Assembly: GCF_028641065.1 (NCBI RefSeq)
Contig: NC_073401.1
Span: 22,568,001 to 22,632,000 of the forward strand
Source: Leucoraja erinacea
Lineage: Eukaryota
Length of the DNA stretch: 64,000 bases
Direction: 5' to 3'
In this document: one piece after another, positions 1-14,511 of the stretch
Layout of the letters: every line of letters begins with the position of its first letter
Numbering within the stretch: position 1 is the first letter of the stretch
The notes under the pieces: model-generated
Databases searched by the model: none
Told to the model about the DNA's origin: nothing
Seen by the model: only the letters and a program-made list of their open reading frames with translations
Made by a program: the position numbers and the translations under genes

Positions 1-1641
1 ACTAAGAGAACATACGCCAAATATCTTAGTAATAATGGAACTTAAGACGCTGCAAATTTAAAACAGCACTGAACCATGGGCTTTTTTGTTCTTTCAAGAA
101 AGCAATGAAGGTAGAAGGTAGTGGTGGCTGGGAGATTCTATGATTGGAGGTCTGTGACCATTAAGGCAAGGATCAATACCACACCTCTGTCGTTTATGAT
201 ATCTATAAATGATTGGAGTTCGGAGTCAGTCACCAACCAGGTCAGCTCCCGATATTACTGTCCACAGGGCCCACAGCCAAAGCCCCTGAAGTCTCGCGTG
301 TGTGTGCGCGTGCGCGGCCATCAAGAAATTGCGTTCCCCCCCCAATGTTTGATAGCGATTTCCGTCTCTGCTGTTAACATACCATTTATGGATGCCTCTG
401 AGAAATGTCACACTCCCTTTCAAATATGTCGCCAACCCCCTGCTTAAAAGCCCACGTTTGTCCTCTGTGCCTTGCAAACTAAGCCCATTTCCAGCCACTC
501 CTTCTTTTACAAGGTCCTTTAATGTGTTGCCCCCTCCCAAATAAAAGCCCAGCTTTCTCACACTTACATGCCTAAATCTGTTCAATCATGCCCTACACGG
601 CATTTAACTGCAATGTCTTCAATGACAAAACTAATGCTTATTATAATGGTGGCAGATTACCCTCTTTGCTATCTTGATTTATTGTGACTGCAACCCAGAT
701 GGTGTTGGTTGCGAGTAAGGATAGGAGAGCTGCTGGAGATCAGTGGGGCATTACAGCTCTATCTACTCCACAAGGTCTTTTAAAATTATAAATGTACCTG
801 TTCATGAATGGCTTGCCATGGTTCCAATAACAATCAAACAAACTAGCGTCAATAGGTAGGATATACGTTTGTCTAATAGTCAAAAAAAGACTCCACTTGT
901 GGCAGCAGGGGAATGGAGAGGGCAGTACATGCCATGTTCATTTATTTTAAGTTAATTCGTGTAAAAATAATATTCCAGTATACAATTCCAAATAGTTGTT
1001 AATCAAACCTGCTGACAATGTTGCTGCAAGTGCTCAAGATGAAACTGAAGCACACCATCCACTCCTTCCTGCATTTCTAGATAAGTGCTGACAGACGTTG
1101 CACGAGTGTCTTTCATAAGCTGAATTTAATTAACTCTTCAAACATATATTTTCTGAGTAAATTGGTGTTATCTATTGCAGTTGACTACTCTAGGCCATAT
1201 GGCCCATCTCGCATTGAATTCATCAACTGATGCAGTGTTAAAGCCTTAATCTAAAACATAGATTCAGGGTACAATATGTTGAAGAACAAGCAAACAGTCA
1301 AAACGCGCTACAGGAACTCAGTGGGTCAGGGAGCATCTCTGGAAGGCATGGGTATGTGACGTTTTGGGTTAGGACTTATCCGGCACCAGCACTTTGTGTC
1401 CTTTTTATAAACCAGCACCTGCAGTTCCTGTATCAGTGAACAAAAGGTCATCTGTTGATCACTTGAAATTGACTTTGAATGCAGTGGTAGGAGAGCACGA
1501 AGGAAGGGTGCCAGGTTCATGATATCTATAGAAAACCTGTGCCACAGATAGCTGCAGAGATATCGACAGGACTTGCGTACATGGCTAAAAACAGTAAGGA
1601 ATTACTGGACAATAGTTGGGACATTTGCTGCATGTACATAC

Positions 1642-1802
1642 TTCATCAAAGGGCTTAGTAATGTTGGTCTCCAGCTGCCAATCCATGGTCCTCCACACTT
1701 TTAAGCTCCGGTCATCAGCTTGGGATGCAATGTACTTTCCGACAGGGTCCCAGGTAAGACCCTTTACCAGGCCCGAATGACCACGTAATGTTGCAATGAT
1801 TT
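1642..1802 (-). CDS. HIRA: HIRA exon 7 ([54 protein letters not shown]); gene continues beyond window start
   Basis: ttacag/gtatgt, 161 nt; near-identical to vertebrate HIRA. Confidence 0.97.
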
Positions 1803-2084
1803 CTGTAAGAAAGTGTTGAAAAGCTTTCACAGCTTATTCATCCTTGAAGCGCACAACATTTCCAACCGATCGCAACCCCCCATAACCTGCATGATCAACT
1901 ATATTGTTGTTATACTTGAGAGTTCAAATGTCATCATTGCAATAGATTCATAGAAAACAAATTCTACATGAAGTGGAAACAATGAATAACTTTGCTGAAA
2001 GTGAATTTTCACCACTGCCTTGTGAGAGATTCCTTTGTATACTAGTTTGAGTTTTGTCTTTACACCAATGAACATCAAACTCAC

Positions 2085-2180
2085 CTGGGAACTTCAGGGC
2101 ATTCCAGATCACAACAGTATTATCAATACTGCAGGAGGAGAGCCAAGCATCGTGGGGTGACCAGGCCAAGTCCATCACAT
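2085..2180 (-). CDS. HIRA: HIRA exon 6 (DVMDLAWSPHDAWLSSCSIDNTVVIWNALKFP)
   Basis: ttccag/gtgagt, 96 nt, WD40 repeat. Confidence 0.97.
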
Positions 2181-4143
2181 CTGGAACATACACAGAATCC
2201 TCAGTCAGTGTACTGTGCATGGAGATGTTGGTCATGCAAAGCTTATGGCAATGTTCCACTTCAGTGAACCATTCATCATTGACAACAAAAATTTAAAATA
2301 CCAACATTTTCTTGGTAAGCTATGGTGGAAATTTTGGATGAAGTGCTTAACCAATCTCAAACCTAGAATGAAAAGTGGGTGGGAAGAGTAAAGAAATAAG
2401 TTATGAAGAATATGAAGGAAGGTTAAGAAGGAGAGAATAAGATTAAAAAGGTACTGACAACTACAAGTATGTTGATATTGAACAATTTGTTGAACAAGCT
2501 GAGCTAATCAGGATGAATGGATAGTGGGCAGTTTGGACCACATAACTTTGGACTGTGTGAGATCTGTTGGTAGATAGATTTTGAGAAAGATGGCAAGACA
2601 AAAAAAAATGTAAGTTGTAGAAATAGCTTGGAATTTGTGGATGTGGAATTTGCATAATGTTCTCTCATCACAACTTTGAAAGAAAATTAGTGGAAAATAA
2701 GATGTAGAAACAAGGAACTTCAGATGCTGGTTTACAAAAAAAGATACAGTGCTCGATTAACTCAATGTGGCAGGCAGTATCGCTAGAGAACATGGAAAAG
2801 TGACGTGTCAGGTCGGGACTTCTTCAGACTGCGTTTTTCTCTGATAACATGAAATGTCCACTATAGACACAAATCAGTTTCACTGAGATTTCGGTCAAAC
2901 TCCTAACCAGCAAATTTGAAATCATAATTCCATCCTTAGACCGAAATCCCTACATGATGATCATGACAACATGTGCAATTACTTAGAGCATGAAATAATA
3001 CAAGACCATGAAATAATTGAGGAAGACCATTGGATATCATTCTGAATGGTTTGCAAATGGTAATAGTACAAATGATGGGACAAGAAAGCGAATTGAAGTG
3101 GAAATAGTGACATTGAAAATAGACAAATAAGAAGTTTAAGATAAAGGTGATTTCAGTAGCAGAGATGGGACATCTCAGGTCATTGCAATGTCACAATAAA
3201 CAATATTAGATTGAACACAATAGGTGTTCTTTAATAACAATTTAAATAAGGTAAAAGTTTCATAGATTCCAATTAGATATAGAATGCGGGTGTGGATTCA
3301 TTGACAGGAGAGATAAAGCCAGAAAATATTTTTTCTATACAAAAATGATACAAACAACAAAAGTTATAAGACAAAGTTAAAAGAATTACAAAGGTTATAG
3401 AAAAAAAATTAAGAATGTTTATATTAAGCATGAAGACAAACTGGCAAAGCATGTAAAATAAGTATTTAAAAAATGCGCAAATGGATAGACAAAGAGGAGG
3501 ATCATTTAGACCCAAAGAGCCAGCTGTACTTAAGACTGAAATTCCTGGATATGTTCATTTTATCATTTAAATCGTTTTTATGGAGGAATCTGAATGCAAG
3601 ACAGTAGAAAAATGAATAGGATATAGAAGAGTTAGTATTTAAAATAAATATGACAATTCACTGAAATTAATTGAAGACATTTTGAAGTCTTGTTCTGTCC
3701 AAACAACAATAGTACAGTCATCCATTCCGATTAGTTGATCTTGTTTCCTGCCTCTGTTCAATTGCATTCTATACTCAGTTAGAACTACACACTGATAATT
3801 CTGAAATTATGAGGGGTCGCAAATTATCAAACAACATATAAAATTTGACATCTTTCGAGAAGACAACAGGTAATTTGTCAAAAGACAGCAAAGTATCAAA
3901 ATGAATGGAGAAGAAAGTGGGAATATTTCTCAAATCTAGATCTGTAATAATATTAACCACTTTCATGAAACTTCATTTATGGAGATCCAATTCAGAGTTT
4001 AAATCTAAATATATAGTAGAAATGTTTAGATGATGAAGGACAAGGAGACCAGTCCCATTTCACGATGCAAGAAATGTTTGAAATGGAAAACCATCTTTTG
4101 CTTCCCCAAATCGTGAGGATAGAACATGACCGTAAACTCTTAC

Positions 4144-4238
4144 CTCCTGTATGGCTTCTGAGAATAGAAACACACCTCCACTGCTCCACATTAGCTAGCT
4201 TGCTACTGGAGCCAAAGACATTGCTTGGCCCAATATAT
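4144..4238 (-). CDS. HIRA: HIRA exon 5 (YIGPSNVFGSSSKLANVEQWRCVSILRSHTG)
   Basis: ctacag/gtaaga, 95 nt; part of ORF 3992..4273. Confidence 0.97.
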
Positions 4239-4650
4239 CTGTAGGAAATAGTCACACAGTTGTTATATAACACGTCAATCTTAGCTTTTATTTAAAACAT
4301 GTGAATTTAAAGAATGTTAAAACATTTTATACATTGTTATGACAATTTATTAGACACAAAACAATGCCTGATCTCATTTCAGAAAGCACTTGCAGTTTTG
4401 TGTTGCCAGTATTTATTTACTCATTTGGTTATCACAATAAACACAGTAGATTTTAGATGTATTAGATTAACTGGTAATATAAACCTAACAACATTATGAA
4501 AAAACATTCTTTCTGTAAGTGCTGCACAGCGGTATAACATTGATTCACTAGTTCCCTATGCAAATACACATTTGCCTTTGAATCGTTCTCAAACATCATT
4601 ATTTTGGATATATAAAAAAGCAGCTAATTAGGTCTGACTGACATACTTAC

Positions 4651-4741
4651 GCAGCTCTCTTCCACAACATTATTAGTTTGTCATCTCCACCCGATGCCAG
4701 GTACAACCCATTATTAGACCAACGAACACAATTTACACAGG
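4651..4741 (-). CDS. HIRA: HIRA exon 4 (CVNCVRWSNNGLYLASGGDDKLIMLWKRA)
   Basis: ttacag/gtaagt, 91 nt, WD40 repeat. Confidence 0.97.
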
Positions 4742-5785
4742 CTGTAAAGAAACAGACGAGCTCTATAATTTACTGTTTGTATGCAAGAATACATTGAACA
4801 CAAAATTTAAAAAAAAGTATAGCCAAGTTTTCAGGGTATTTACCCTGTGAGAGTGACTTTACAATGTAGGCCAAGACACTTTCACATTGAATCCCATGTC
4901 AGTTGTGATAAAAGAGACCCTCTGATTGTGTTTCAGTGCCCACATTACAGAGAAACTAGCCAAAATGTGAAATAAAATGAATTATCTTTAATTGTACTAA
5001 ATGAAAGCGGTCATTTAATCTGATTAACGCACACTCCAGATGAAATTATACAGTGGTAAAAACAGCAATCTAAAAAATTGCAGTCTTATTTTGGTTGGAG
5101 AGAATTTAATAACATTTCTTGTCATTCTACTGGGCTAAGAAGATACTGACATTGAAAGTTTAAAATGGCTAGTGAAGTAGCTAACGTATAAAAAAAAAAC
5201 TGCCAGAAGAATTCAGCCAGTCATGCAGTATGTGGAAGAAAAAGGATGATTGATATTTCAGGTCATGACCCTGTACTAGGACTGAAAGCACAGAGGGAAG
5301 AAAGCTAGTGTCGAGAAGTGAGAGGTGGGGTGTGAGACAGAGGATGGTTGGTGATAGCTGAAATCAGATGAGGGTGTGATGGACAAATGGAGTAGACAGT
5401 GGAAAGGACAAAATTGCTCAGAAAGGGGTAGTAAGTGATAATTGTAACCAGATAAGGGAGGGATAAAGAGGCCAGGTGGGGAGGTAGCGATAATTGATGG
5501 ACTGGTGAGAGTGGGACAGATACTCTTGGTTACCGGAAACAGGAAAATTCAATATTTATAATCTAATTAGTAGCTTAGGCCATATGAAGTGACGGTTTTA
5601 ATTTATATCTGAAGATTTAATAGTAACTCACAAAAAGTAACCAAACACCACACCAAAATCAACTTTCCACAACCCTCTGAATGGAGTACCATTTTTGAGG
5701 ACTGTAATGAGTGAATAATCATTAAATATACAGCAATATATTTGTGAAATTCTAAAGAAGCTTTCCATGTATATTTTATATGTAC

Positions 5786-5896
5786 CCAGGTGGTTATCCA
5801 TTTGGCAGAGCATTTTGGGGATAGCTTCGTTCTTCTCATCCTCCTCTCGAACAACTGGTGGCATATTCCATATGACAACTTTCCCCGAGTCCTCCC
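5786..5896 (-). CDS. HIRA: HIRA exon 3 (EDSGKVVIWNMPPVVREEDEKNEAIPKMLCQMDNHL)
   Basis: ctgcag/gtacat splice sites, 111 nt, frame-compatible. Confidence 0.97.
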
Positions 5897-6492
5897 CTGC
5901 AGACAGAACACAAATAATGAGCTTTCTGTATTTGATAAATTAAGTCTTAAATATAAAACTCTAGCAAATAATTGTTTGATTTAGGAATGATCAGAAATGA
6001 CCTTATTGCATGAGAAATGGAAACCTACATCTAGGCCACCTAATCAAATAAACCCAAATTAAAGGCTAGTGGCACATATTGGCCTAGTCATCAAAAAAAA
6101 ACACACAAAATAAAGCATGAAGTGAAACAGTAGAAATAGCACAGCAACAACCAGCTTTGTGCTGCTGTACTGCCTGTAAATATCTCAAGCGCCAGTGGGC
6201 ATTTTAAAGGCCATTGCATATAGTAAAACTATTATTTCCACCTCAAAGTCAAATACAGCTGTCAAACAGAAGCACGAAGGCCAGTAAATCCAGAGTCTAC
6301 AATATAAGATAAGAAAGAACTAAGTGGAGAAAAATAACCTGTTTCCCAATTTAACATGCACACTTGCCAGAATTACAGGTATTGGATTTATCTGCAACTT
6401 GAATGACAAAAGATGATAGCAACATGATTTTCACCTCGATGTCAGAGCCTTAATCTCAATAAATAGTAGGTAGCCTGTGGCCTGGCTCTTAC

Positions 6493-6555
6493 CTTGGCCA
6501 CCTGTTGCAAACTTGGTTCCATCTGGATGAATGTCCACTGAAAATATTGGCTTAC
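6493..6555 (-). CDS. HIRA: HIRA exon 2 (GKPIFSVDIHPDGTKFATGGQG)
   Basis: ttccag acceptor, gtaaga donor, 63 nt; identical to the HIRA WD40 sequence. Confidence 0.97.
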
Positions 6556-6640
6556 CTGGAAGACAAATGAAATCATTGAACATTCGTTCAGTGTATGCCA
6601 GTTACATCATCAGAAGCCTGTTTGACAGCTTCACCGTGTG

Positions 6641-7135
6641 AATTGGATTGGATTGGATTCCTTAAATTGTCATTCAGACCTTTCGGCCTGAACGAAATTT
6701 CGTTGCCTGCAGTCATACATATAATAATAAATAACGAAACATACAATAAACACAAATTAACATCCACCACAGTGAGTTCACCAGGCACCTCCTCACTGTG
6801 ATGGAGGCAAAAGTCTTAAAGTCTCTGTCTCTTCCCTCCTTGTACTCCCTCTGCATTGAGGCGATCCAGGCTTCCGTTGTTGTGACCCTGCCGGATAATG
6901 GTAAGTCCCGCGGCTCAACCGAGCTCTGCGAACGGGCCGGTTCAATCTCCATGGCCCGGGTGGTAGAAGCTGCTAAAGCTGCCGCCCTCCAGTCCAGCGG
7001 ATGCAGCTGTTGTGCCGGGTGCTGCGGAGAACAGGTCACCAACCTGTGACCTGCGAGCTCCCGACAATGTCGTCCACTGGGCCGCGGCCAAGCCCCGAAT
7101 TCAGGTCGCCGCCGCCGCAATGCCGGAACTCCGCG
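6641..7135 (-). mobile_element. Non-coding retroposon (SINE or non-autonomous LINE) with GC-rich 5' part and 3' stem-loop
   Basis: Shorter opposite-strand copy at about 57020-57275; (CCAAT)n tail. Confidence 0.7.
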
Positions 7136-8599
7136 GAACAGTATGATCTTGCAAATAGATTATCATTTGTTATTGATACTTAACTGGTGTTGGCCGTTTT
7201 CAACACTTGTGATATCCATTCACCATAATTACTTGTCAATTTTTATCTATTTTTCAATTTCTGATTACTAGCACCCTTCCTAAGCATGTAATTAATTTGA
7301 CTGGGTTCATTTTTGATAACAAGCACGTCATTTCAGCATATCCAGCACTCCTTCAGATTAAAACACCTCACCCTTGCTTGGGTTAAATTCCATCTGCCAT
7401 TTATTTCTCTGCCCATCTCTGCAGCTGATCTCTATCCTGCTGTTTCTTCTGACACTCTTCCTTGCTGTCTGCAACTCCCCTGATAATGATTCCACGACTC
7501 TATTTCTTGTTTTAATAAAACTGTTGATTGGTAAAAGTGTGATCTCCCCTACTCTTCAAGTACTATCATTAGATTATTTACATCTACCCAAGGGGCTCAA
7601 TGTATCAGCCAAGAGATAGTATCATTCAGCTGTGCCACCATACCTTGAGTGAATCCTAAGCAATTGCTTGTTAGAAAGCTTCCACCCTCATAAATTAAAG
7701 ATTTGGATTCTAATCTTTCAAAACAAATCATAATGAAATACTTATGGAATTCTGTTGAGCACACCACTCCCATACAGACATGCCATTATAAAATATTTGT
7801 CACTTCAAAAGTAGTGCAACACAATATTCAGTCTTCCCTCACCAAGAAGAAGACTGCAATTTTATAACAAAGAAGAATATTTGGCACACTGTGTAGTTGC
7901 TCATTGAAAAGAAGCTACCCAAATACTCCCACTTTCCAGCACCTGGTTTGTCGCTGTGCAGGCAATGGCGCTTCAAATACATCCTATTAATTCTCAATGC
8001 AGTGAAGGGTTGTGCCTTTATCACCCTTTCAGGCAGCGATCTCCAAGTTCCATCTCCCTTTGGGGGAAAGGTTTTCCTCATATCTCCTGGAATCTCAATT
8101 TAAATCTATACCCCTTGCTTCTTGATATCCCTGCTATTGAGATAGCACCTTCTTTAAGTCAGCACTCAACATGTTTAAAACAACCTCATCATATGCAATT
8201 TCTTCTCAGAGCCAAATTTTTCAAGTCATGGCAAGACCTTTACAAATCTCCTCTGCATCATTACCGGTGCATCACAACTTTTCTGGAATTACGTGTCCAG
8301 AACAGTACTCAGAATTCCAGCAAGACACTGTATACAGACCCCATATCACTTCCTTGCAGGCCTCATCCAAAATGTTATGGTTATTTAACTAATGAAAACA
8401 AAGATTGGTATTTGTACAGTGCTCCAACAAACAAAATATCCCAGACAACTTCAAGGAAATTTCTGACAATCATCATGAAGTGCTTCAAGAGGCTAGTTAT
8501 GATGCACTTTTACTCTAGCCTCCCAGATAACATTGATCCATGCCTACATTTTGCCAACAGGCATAAATATCACCAACAATTTGAATTCTGAACCAACCA

Positions 8600-9245
8600 A
8601 CTTGAAGCTAGGGTAAAAGAGCGCACAACACCTTTACTTCCTCAAAAGACTAAGGAAGTTTGGCATGTATCCAACGAATCTTACCATCTTCTATACATGT
8701 ATTGAAGAATGCCTACTGCTGGGTTACATCACAGCTTGGTTTGGCAACAGCTCTGACCTAGACTGCAAGAAATTGCAGAGAATTGTGGATGTAGCCCAGT
8801 ACATCACACTGACCCGCCCCAACCCACATTTTCGCCCGTCAATGTCCCCTGCACCCTGGACTAAATCAACATTTCATGCTGTCCTAGGAAAGCAGACAAA
8901 CATAATCAAAGACCTTTTTCACCCTTAGTAATTTCCTCTAACAAGTAGAGATACAAAAACATGAAAGCACAGACCACCAGATTCAGGAATAGCTTCTTCC
9001 CCGCTGTTATCAGAGCTCTGAATAATCCTCACATAAACTAGGATGTCATCCTGATCTACCAACCCACTTCATTGCGAACCTTGGAATTTTTCTCTGCGAC
9101 TATTTAATATTACTGTTGTAATTCTGCACTCTGGTATTTTTCCCTTTGCACTACCTGTGGTACTTGTATGTGGCTTTATTTTACTCGTGTATCATTTCAT
9201 TGTCCTATCTGGGACACATGACAATAAACTCTTGACTTGACTTGT
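8600..9245 (+). mobile_element. Rex1/Babar-type LINE 3' fragment, older
   Basis: IFYTCIEE.LLLGYITAWFGN...KKLQRIV; TGACAATAAA + (CTTGA)n tail. Confidence 0.7.
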
Positions 9246-11751
9246 TTTGACCGATTAGTTTGCAAATAAAGCTTTTCACTGTGTCTCAGTACACATGACA
9301 TTAATAAAACCAAGAGGAATAGGTCAGATAGAACTAAGAAACATTACTCATAGCTTCTTCTGTAATAATCCAGATTAATACTTTCAAATGAAAATATTAT
9401 TTATGGGCGTTTAAAATCAGAATATTTTCCCTTCTTACTGACAACTTAAAGCAAAGTAGCCAGTACAAAAATACATCAACTGATCAAATGGGGAAAAAAA
9501 CATGCCATTAATTTAGGAAGGTAACAAATACAAACTATGAAATCCTTGTGAAGCCAGTTGAAGTTGCCAACCATGATGGAAAATACTAAATCAAACTTTA
9601 TAAAACACTCATAACAGTCCATACAAAATTCACTGATCCATTTACAACCGTGATTATAAATAGGTCATTCGTTAAAATGAGTGTAGCTGTTAACATTCGG
9701 ACAATAAACGTTGTTGCCGATGAACATCTAACAATATTCCATACAGAGAAATACTAATACTGGACTACTTTAAGAGCTTACGAATCAGACAACTTACCAA
9801 ACAATCACACTTGCCAAGCAAGGATGATTAACCAATAACACAATGTTTGTCCATGCAAACGAATGCACCTAAAATACAGTGACATTGCCTGAAAATCTAC
9901 AATAAAATCAATCATTCAGATGCCAATCAGCAACAATTAAGGAACAACTTGACAGGAACCTAAAATATCCTTAAACCTGCAGCAAGGGGTAAAACATTAT
10001 TTCAAGTTTCATAGACAAATACATACTGGTGTCAAGTTTTAAGCCCAAGGTTGTTGAAACACCAAAGTATAAATAAGAAAGATTCTGTTTTGTTTAGTCA
10101 CGTGTACCGAGGTATCGCAAAAAGCTTTTGTTGCTTTATTATGCTCCAGCTCATTCATACAAATGCAAAACTAATTATAGATGCTACAGAGAGGAAATTA
10201 GCAAACAGTAACCATATATATAGGTTGGAAATATTCAAAAAAATCTACTTTTACCCACAGCTCACCTGAAAGTGTAAGTTCTCACAGTGCCAAGTATGGC
10301 TGTCATTTTTCATTAGCTCATCCAAGTAAAAAAATCCTCACAATGCAAGCCTCAACAGTGAACTTGGTCTAGGTTTATTATTGTCACGTCCACTGAGCTA
10401 TTGTGAAAAGCTTTTGTTGCGTTATTGTGCTATCATATCAAATAGTACTATGCATAAATATAATCAGGTCAAACTCAAGTACAATAGGTATAGACTTGTA
10501 TCAGTTGATAGTAGATCCATCTCTGAAAAAGCATGCAAAGAGTCACCACACCTGGAAAGATATTCCACCAAGGTTACTGAGATAAGAAATCCCAGCTCAT
10601 TTTGATCGTAACCCAATAACATTTTCAGTACAAATTACTGAAAACTGGAATTGGGGTTTTAGCTGATTTTCTTTATCCCCAACTGTCTCCCCACAGTACT
10701 GTCCAACACATTATGACATGAAGACAAATTAAGTTGGGCTCTCATAACCCACTCCAAGTGTGACTTGAACCCACATACTTTGCTCTCGATTAAGGATCAA
10801 CAACACAAGATATCAGTTTGGCTCAGTTGGCAGTTAATTGCATTCTTGCAAATTGGTCCCACTAGTGTTACTAATGGTAGAATTCTAACCAATATTTTGT
10901 TCTGGGATTGCAAATCTCAGCCACAGCACGTTTTTGACCATGTTCAGGTTGAAGCTAAAACGGTGCAAAATTTCAAAGATGTCAAATAACAAGAGTTTGC
11001 AACCATGAATATTAATTAATGCAGCCTTACATTTTAAGAACAAACTTGACTTGAATTCCAGACCCTCCCTTAATTTTGTAACCTTATCCTACCCCATGTG
11101 ACAATTAACCAGTATTGAGTTTTCCCTTCTTGAACATTGTACCTTCCTTTACCCCAACTATAGATGCCATGCCTTCAGCATTCTCCTCAAAACACTGCAA
11201 CCTTCCTGTCTGCTAAGACATCTTTTCTCATGACTCTCTTAGCACGCAACAAAAGCTTTTCACTGTACCTCGGTACACGCAACAATAAACTAAAACTGAC
11301 TCTCTTGCCTAGACGTCCATACTTTTTTTCCCCCCTTGCACATATGAAGAATCTTACAGCATGTCATGTTAAAAGGAAGTTGTTAATACAACACAGCAAT
11401 GATAGTCTAGCGAAATAACTACTGCAGAAAACAACATGTTCCAAGTGGAACTTACTTTTTCAATCCTTTTCTGAGGCTAAGCTATAATTAACATTAAGCA
11501 ACAAACTCAACGACATAAATAATATGGTTTAAATGGATTATAAAGCACCAATCCCATCAACAATTTCAAATGCTTCATGGATCACTAGATTCACACTTAC
11601 TTCTTCAGCCATCACGCCCTCAGATTTGGTTATTGTTTGCAATCTTCTCGAAGCTATCATGTGCAAGTCTGTTTTGGTTACACTGTCACAGGATGCGACT
11701 GATCACCAAGCGCAAAATGTTAAATTTCTCTTATCTTCTTGCACAGTTGGG

Positions 11752-11849
11752 AGTCTGAAGAAGGGTTTCGGCCCCAAACGTTGCCTATTTCCTTCGCTCC
11801 ATAGATGCTGCTGCACCCGCTGAGTTTCCCCAGCATTTTTTGTGTACCT
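11752..11849 (+). repeat. Penelope-type short repeat (hammerhead core with GAAA>CAAA)
   Basis: Same family as 13869-13963 and 28288-28473. Confidence 0.8.
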
Positions 11850-13868
11850 GGGAGTTACATTAACTGTTTGATGCAAGTATTGATTTAAAGAATGCCCGAC
11901 ATTTACAAACAACAGAGAACCACTAATTTCTCTTCTGTTAGTTCAGCTGTGAATAGTCTGCATTAATTCACTCCATTGGCATTCCTGTTAGCATAGCTAC
12001 TTCAGCCACTTCTAAACCTTTCTGTGCCAATTCACTCCTGCCATTGTTTGCCTAACACTGCCTTTTCTCTCTCCGCTTCCAATCTACTCCTGTTAATCCT
12101 AAAAAGGAACTGTCCAGTATTCAGAAAAAAAGCACGATGCTGAGATTCTGCGCTTGGAATGCAAGACAATCAAATCCTAACAATTGTCATCCCCTCATCA
12201 AAAGGTGGAAGGTGGCCCATCTGGTTAATAATTCCCTACTCAGTACTCACAATATGTTTTTGTCAGGTCTTACCTCAGCCTTGCCCAAAATATAGACAGA
12301 ACAGTTGCAATCCGACTATTCTTTAAAAAAAAAATACACAACAAAATTGAATAAGAATCTGAGAAAATTCTCCACTGGCAAGAATCACGTTGAACACAAA
12401 AGAAAATAGGTTATTTGGTGATCGATCTCAGCCTCAAGGTATTGAACTAAATGTACCAAAGGAAATTGCCCTAGATCCAAGTATCTCCTATTGCTTCAAG
12501 ACCTTCCCTGTCATGCAAGGTCTCTCATATGAATGTGCATTTATTCAGTTTCATTCATAACTCTTTAGATTTCAAGGTGGTTTGTAGCCATATGCAGCAA
12601 GACATGGATAACACAAATTCACACTCGCCTAATTGGCTGTTTGAATAATTCACCTTCTAATGATGTATACAACAGACTGAATAAACTTGTTATACCAATA
12701 AGAAGAGCTTCACAAATTCACACACCAGTCGTTGGTTTTCGTTAAATCACCAATCTTAATTTACAGGCTTGTTGCTAAAACTTGGCAAGTAACATCTGCA
12801 CCGCACAAGCATCAGACAACGATCTTCAATAATAGGGTGTGTAACATGTCTTCTTGACTACCATTGTTGACAACGATACCAATAGTATTATTTACCACTA
12901 TACAAGCAGCCTCAACCCTCACAATATTTTAACTAGGCTAGCCAAAGAAACATCGTGAACAGATTAGAAGCTGTGAATTCTGCACACGGTGACAAACTTG
13001 ACAAAGCCTTTCCACCATTCACAAAGCACAACTCAGGAATCGAGCGATATATTCTCCTTTTGCCTAGATGATTGCCGTTCATATACCAAAGTTCCACACC
13101 ATCCAGGACAATGCACAAATCTGTCTGAAAGATTCATTGAAGAAGATTCATTCACCAAAAGCATAGTGTGTACCAATTACAAGATTTATCACAGACACGA
13201 AGATCTCTTTGACATTACTTCTCAAATTTGTGACCTCTCCCATCAAGAAGTCAGCAGGTGCATGGAATGCCACCTGCAATTTCCCCAAGTCACACAGTCT
13301 AACAAGAAAATATATCACACCTTCATTACGCCAATGAAAACCTTGCAACTCCCTAACAAATCTTTGTAAGTATCTTCACCAAACACCACAGAAATTCCTA
13401 AATGATGGCTCATCATCACCATCGCAAGGGTAAATGGCCATGACCAATAAATCCAACACAGCGAGTGACTCCCTTATTGGATGAATATAAAAAATACACA
13501 ATTTAATGAATATTTATAATAGAAAACATATTGAATTGTTTTCTTAACTTGGAAAATCTCTCCAAGGTGCTATATACCCCAAACAGAACATTATAAAAAT
13601 GAGCAAATACATGGTCAAGAGTGTTGAAGTGAGTGAGGAGGAAAATTTAAAGCAAAACCTTCACTTTCTAATCATTCTCAACTTGAAAATCTGCCATTGA
13701 TACTACAGCAGATCAAGTGCCTCGCTAAACATAAACATGTAGGCTTTTCTTTGCAGTTATACAGCCGATTGCCCATTGTGACTATTGATAGGCATTTGAA
13801 ATCTTCTCTCACACAAATTATAAACTCATCGTGCCAACAGAAAAACTTCCCGCATTCACTCATCAACT

Positions 13869-13963
13869 GGTACACAAAAAAGCTGGAGAAACTCAGCGGG
13901 CGCAGCAGCATCTATGGAGCGAAGGAAATTGGCAACGTTTCGGGCCGAAACCCTTCTTCAGAC
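13869..13963 (-). repeat. Penelope-type short repeat with intact hammerhead core (13934-13961)
   Basis: Minus strand CTGAAGA A GGGT TTCG GCCC GAAA CGTT; flanked by duplicated ATTCACTCATCAACTG. Confidence 0.8.
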
Positions 13964-14511
13964 ATTCACTCGTATTCACTCATCAACTGTTGGAATTATT
14001 CTAATCACATGTCATAATTGCTTTCCTTCGGTTGATCCCTGCGCACACGACTGTTGAGCAATGCACTTCCTTTCATTTGAAACCCTTCCCACAGTTTACT
14101 TCTCCATGGACAATACCTGTGGATCACCATGTACTATTCCTTCAGGTCCATCATTACACGAGCCGTGCATCCCCCAGCCCTGAATCTTAATGCCGCTGAA
14201 AACCTGGTCAGATTTCCAGACCCTTCCACAGCCCATTGCTATTCCTCGTAACCCTCTTGGCTCTTGGACAACTTGGACCCCGACGTCCACATCCAGGCTT
14301 CCATCGTCGCTTCCCCACATCACTATTTCATCCCCAGGCTCCAGTCTCAGGCGCGGTGCCGTTCACCCCATGACAGGTGGACTCACTCGGAAAGTCCTGC
14401 AGCTCCTCTGACTCCCTCCCTCCACTGACCATTCTCAGTCCGAGCTCACACACGCCTTCCAGTCACTGCACGCTCCCTCTCCTCACCCACCCCATCCTTG
14501 CAGCCGCTCAC

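Noticed and set aside
1-1641. Further HIRA exons (exon 8 onward)
   Set aside because: No CGGTTHVLRLSWSPDG-like sequence is visible; it must lie outside the window.
7956-8591. 211-aa ORF in HIRA intron 1
   Set aside because: It runs across decayed LINE remnants, has no recognisable domain and no splice support.
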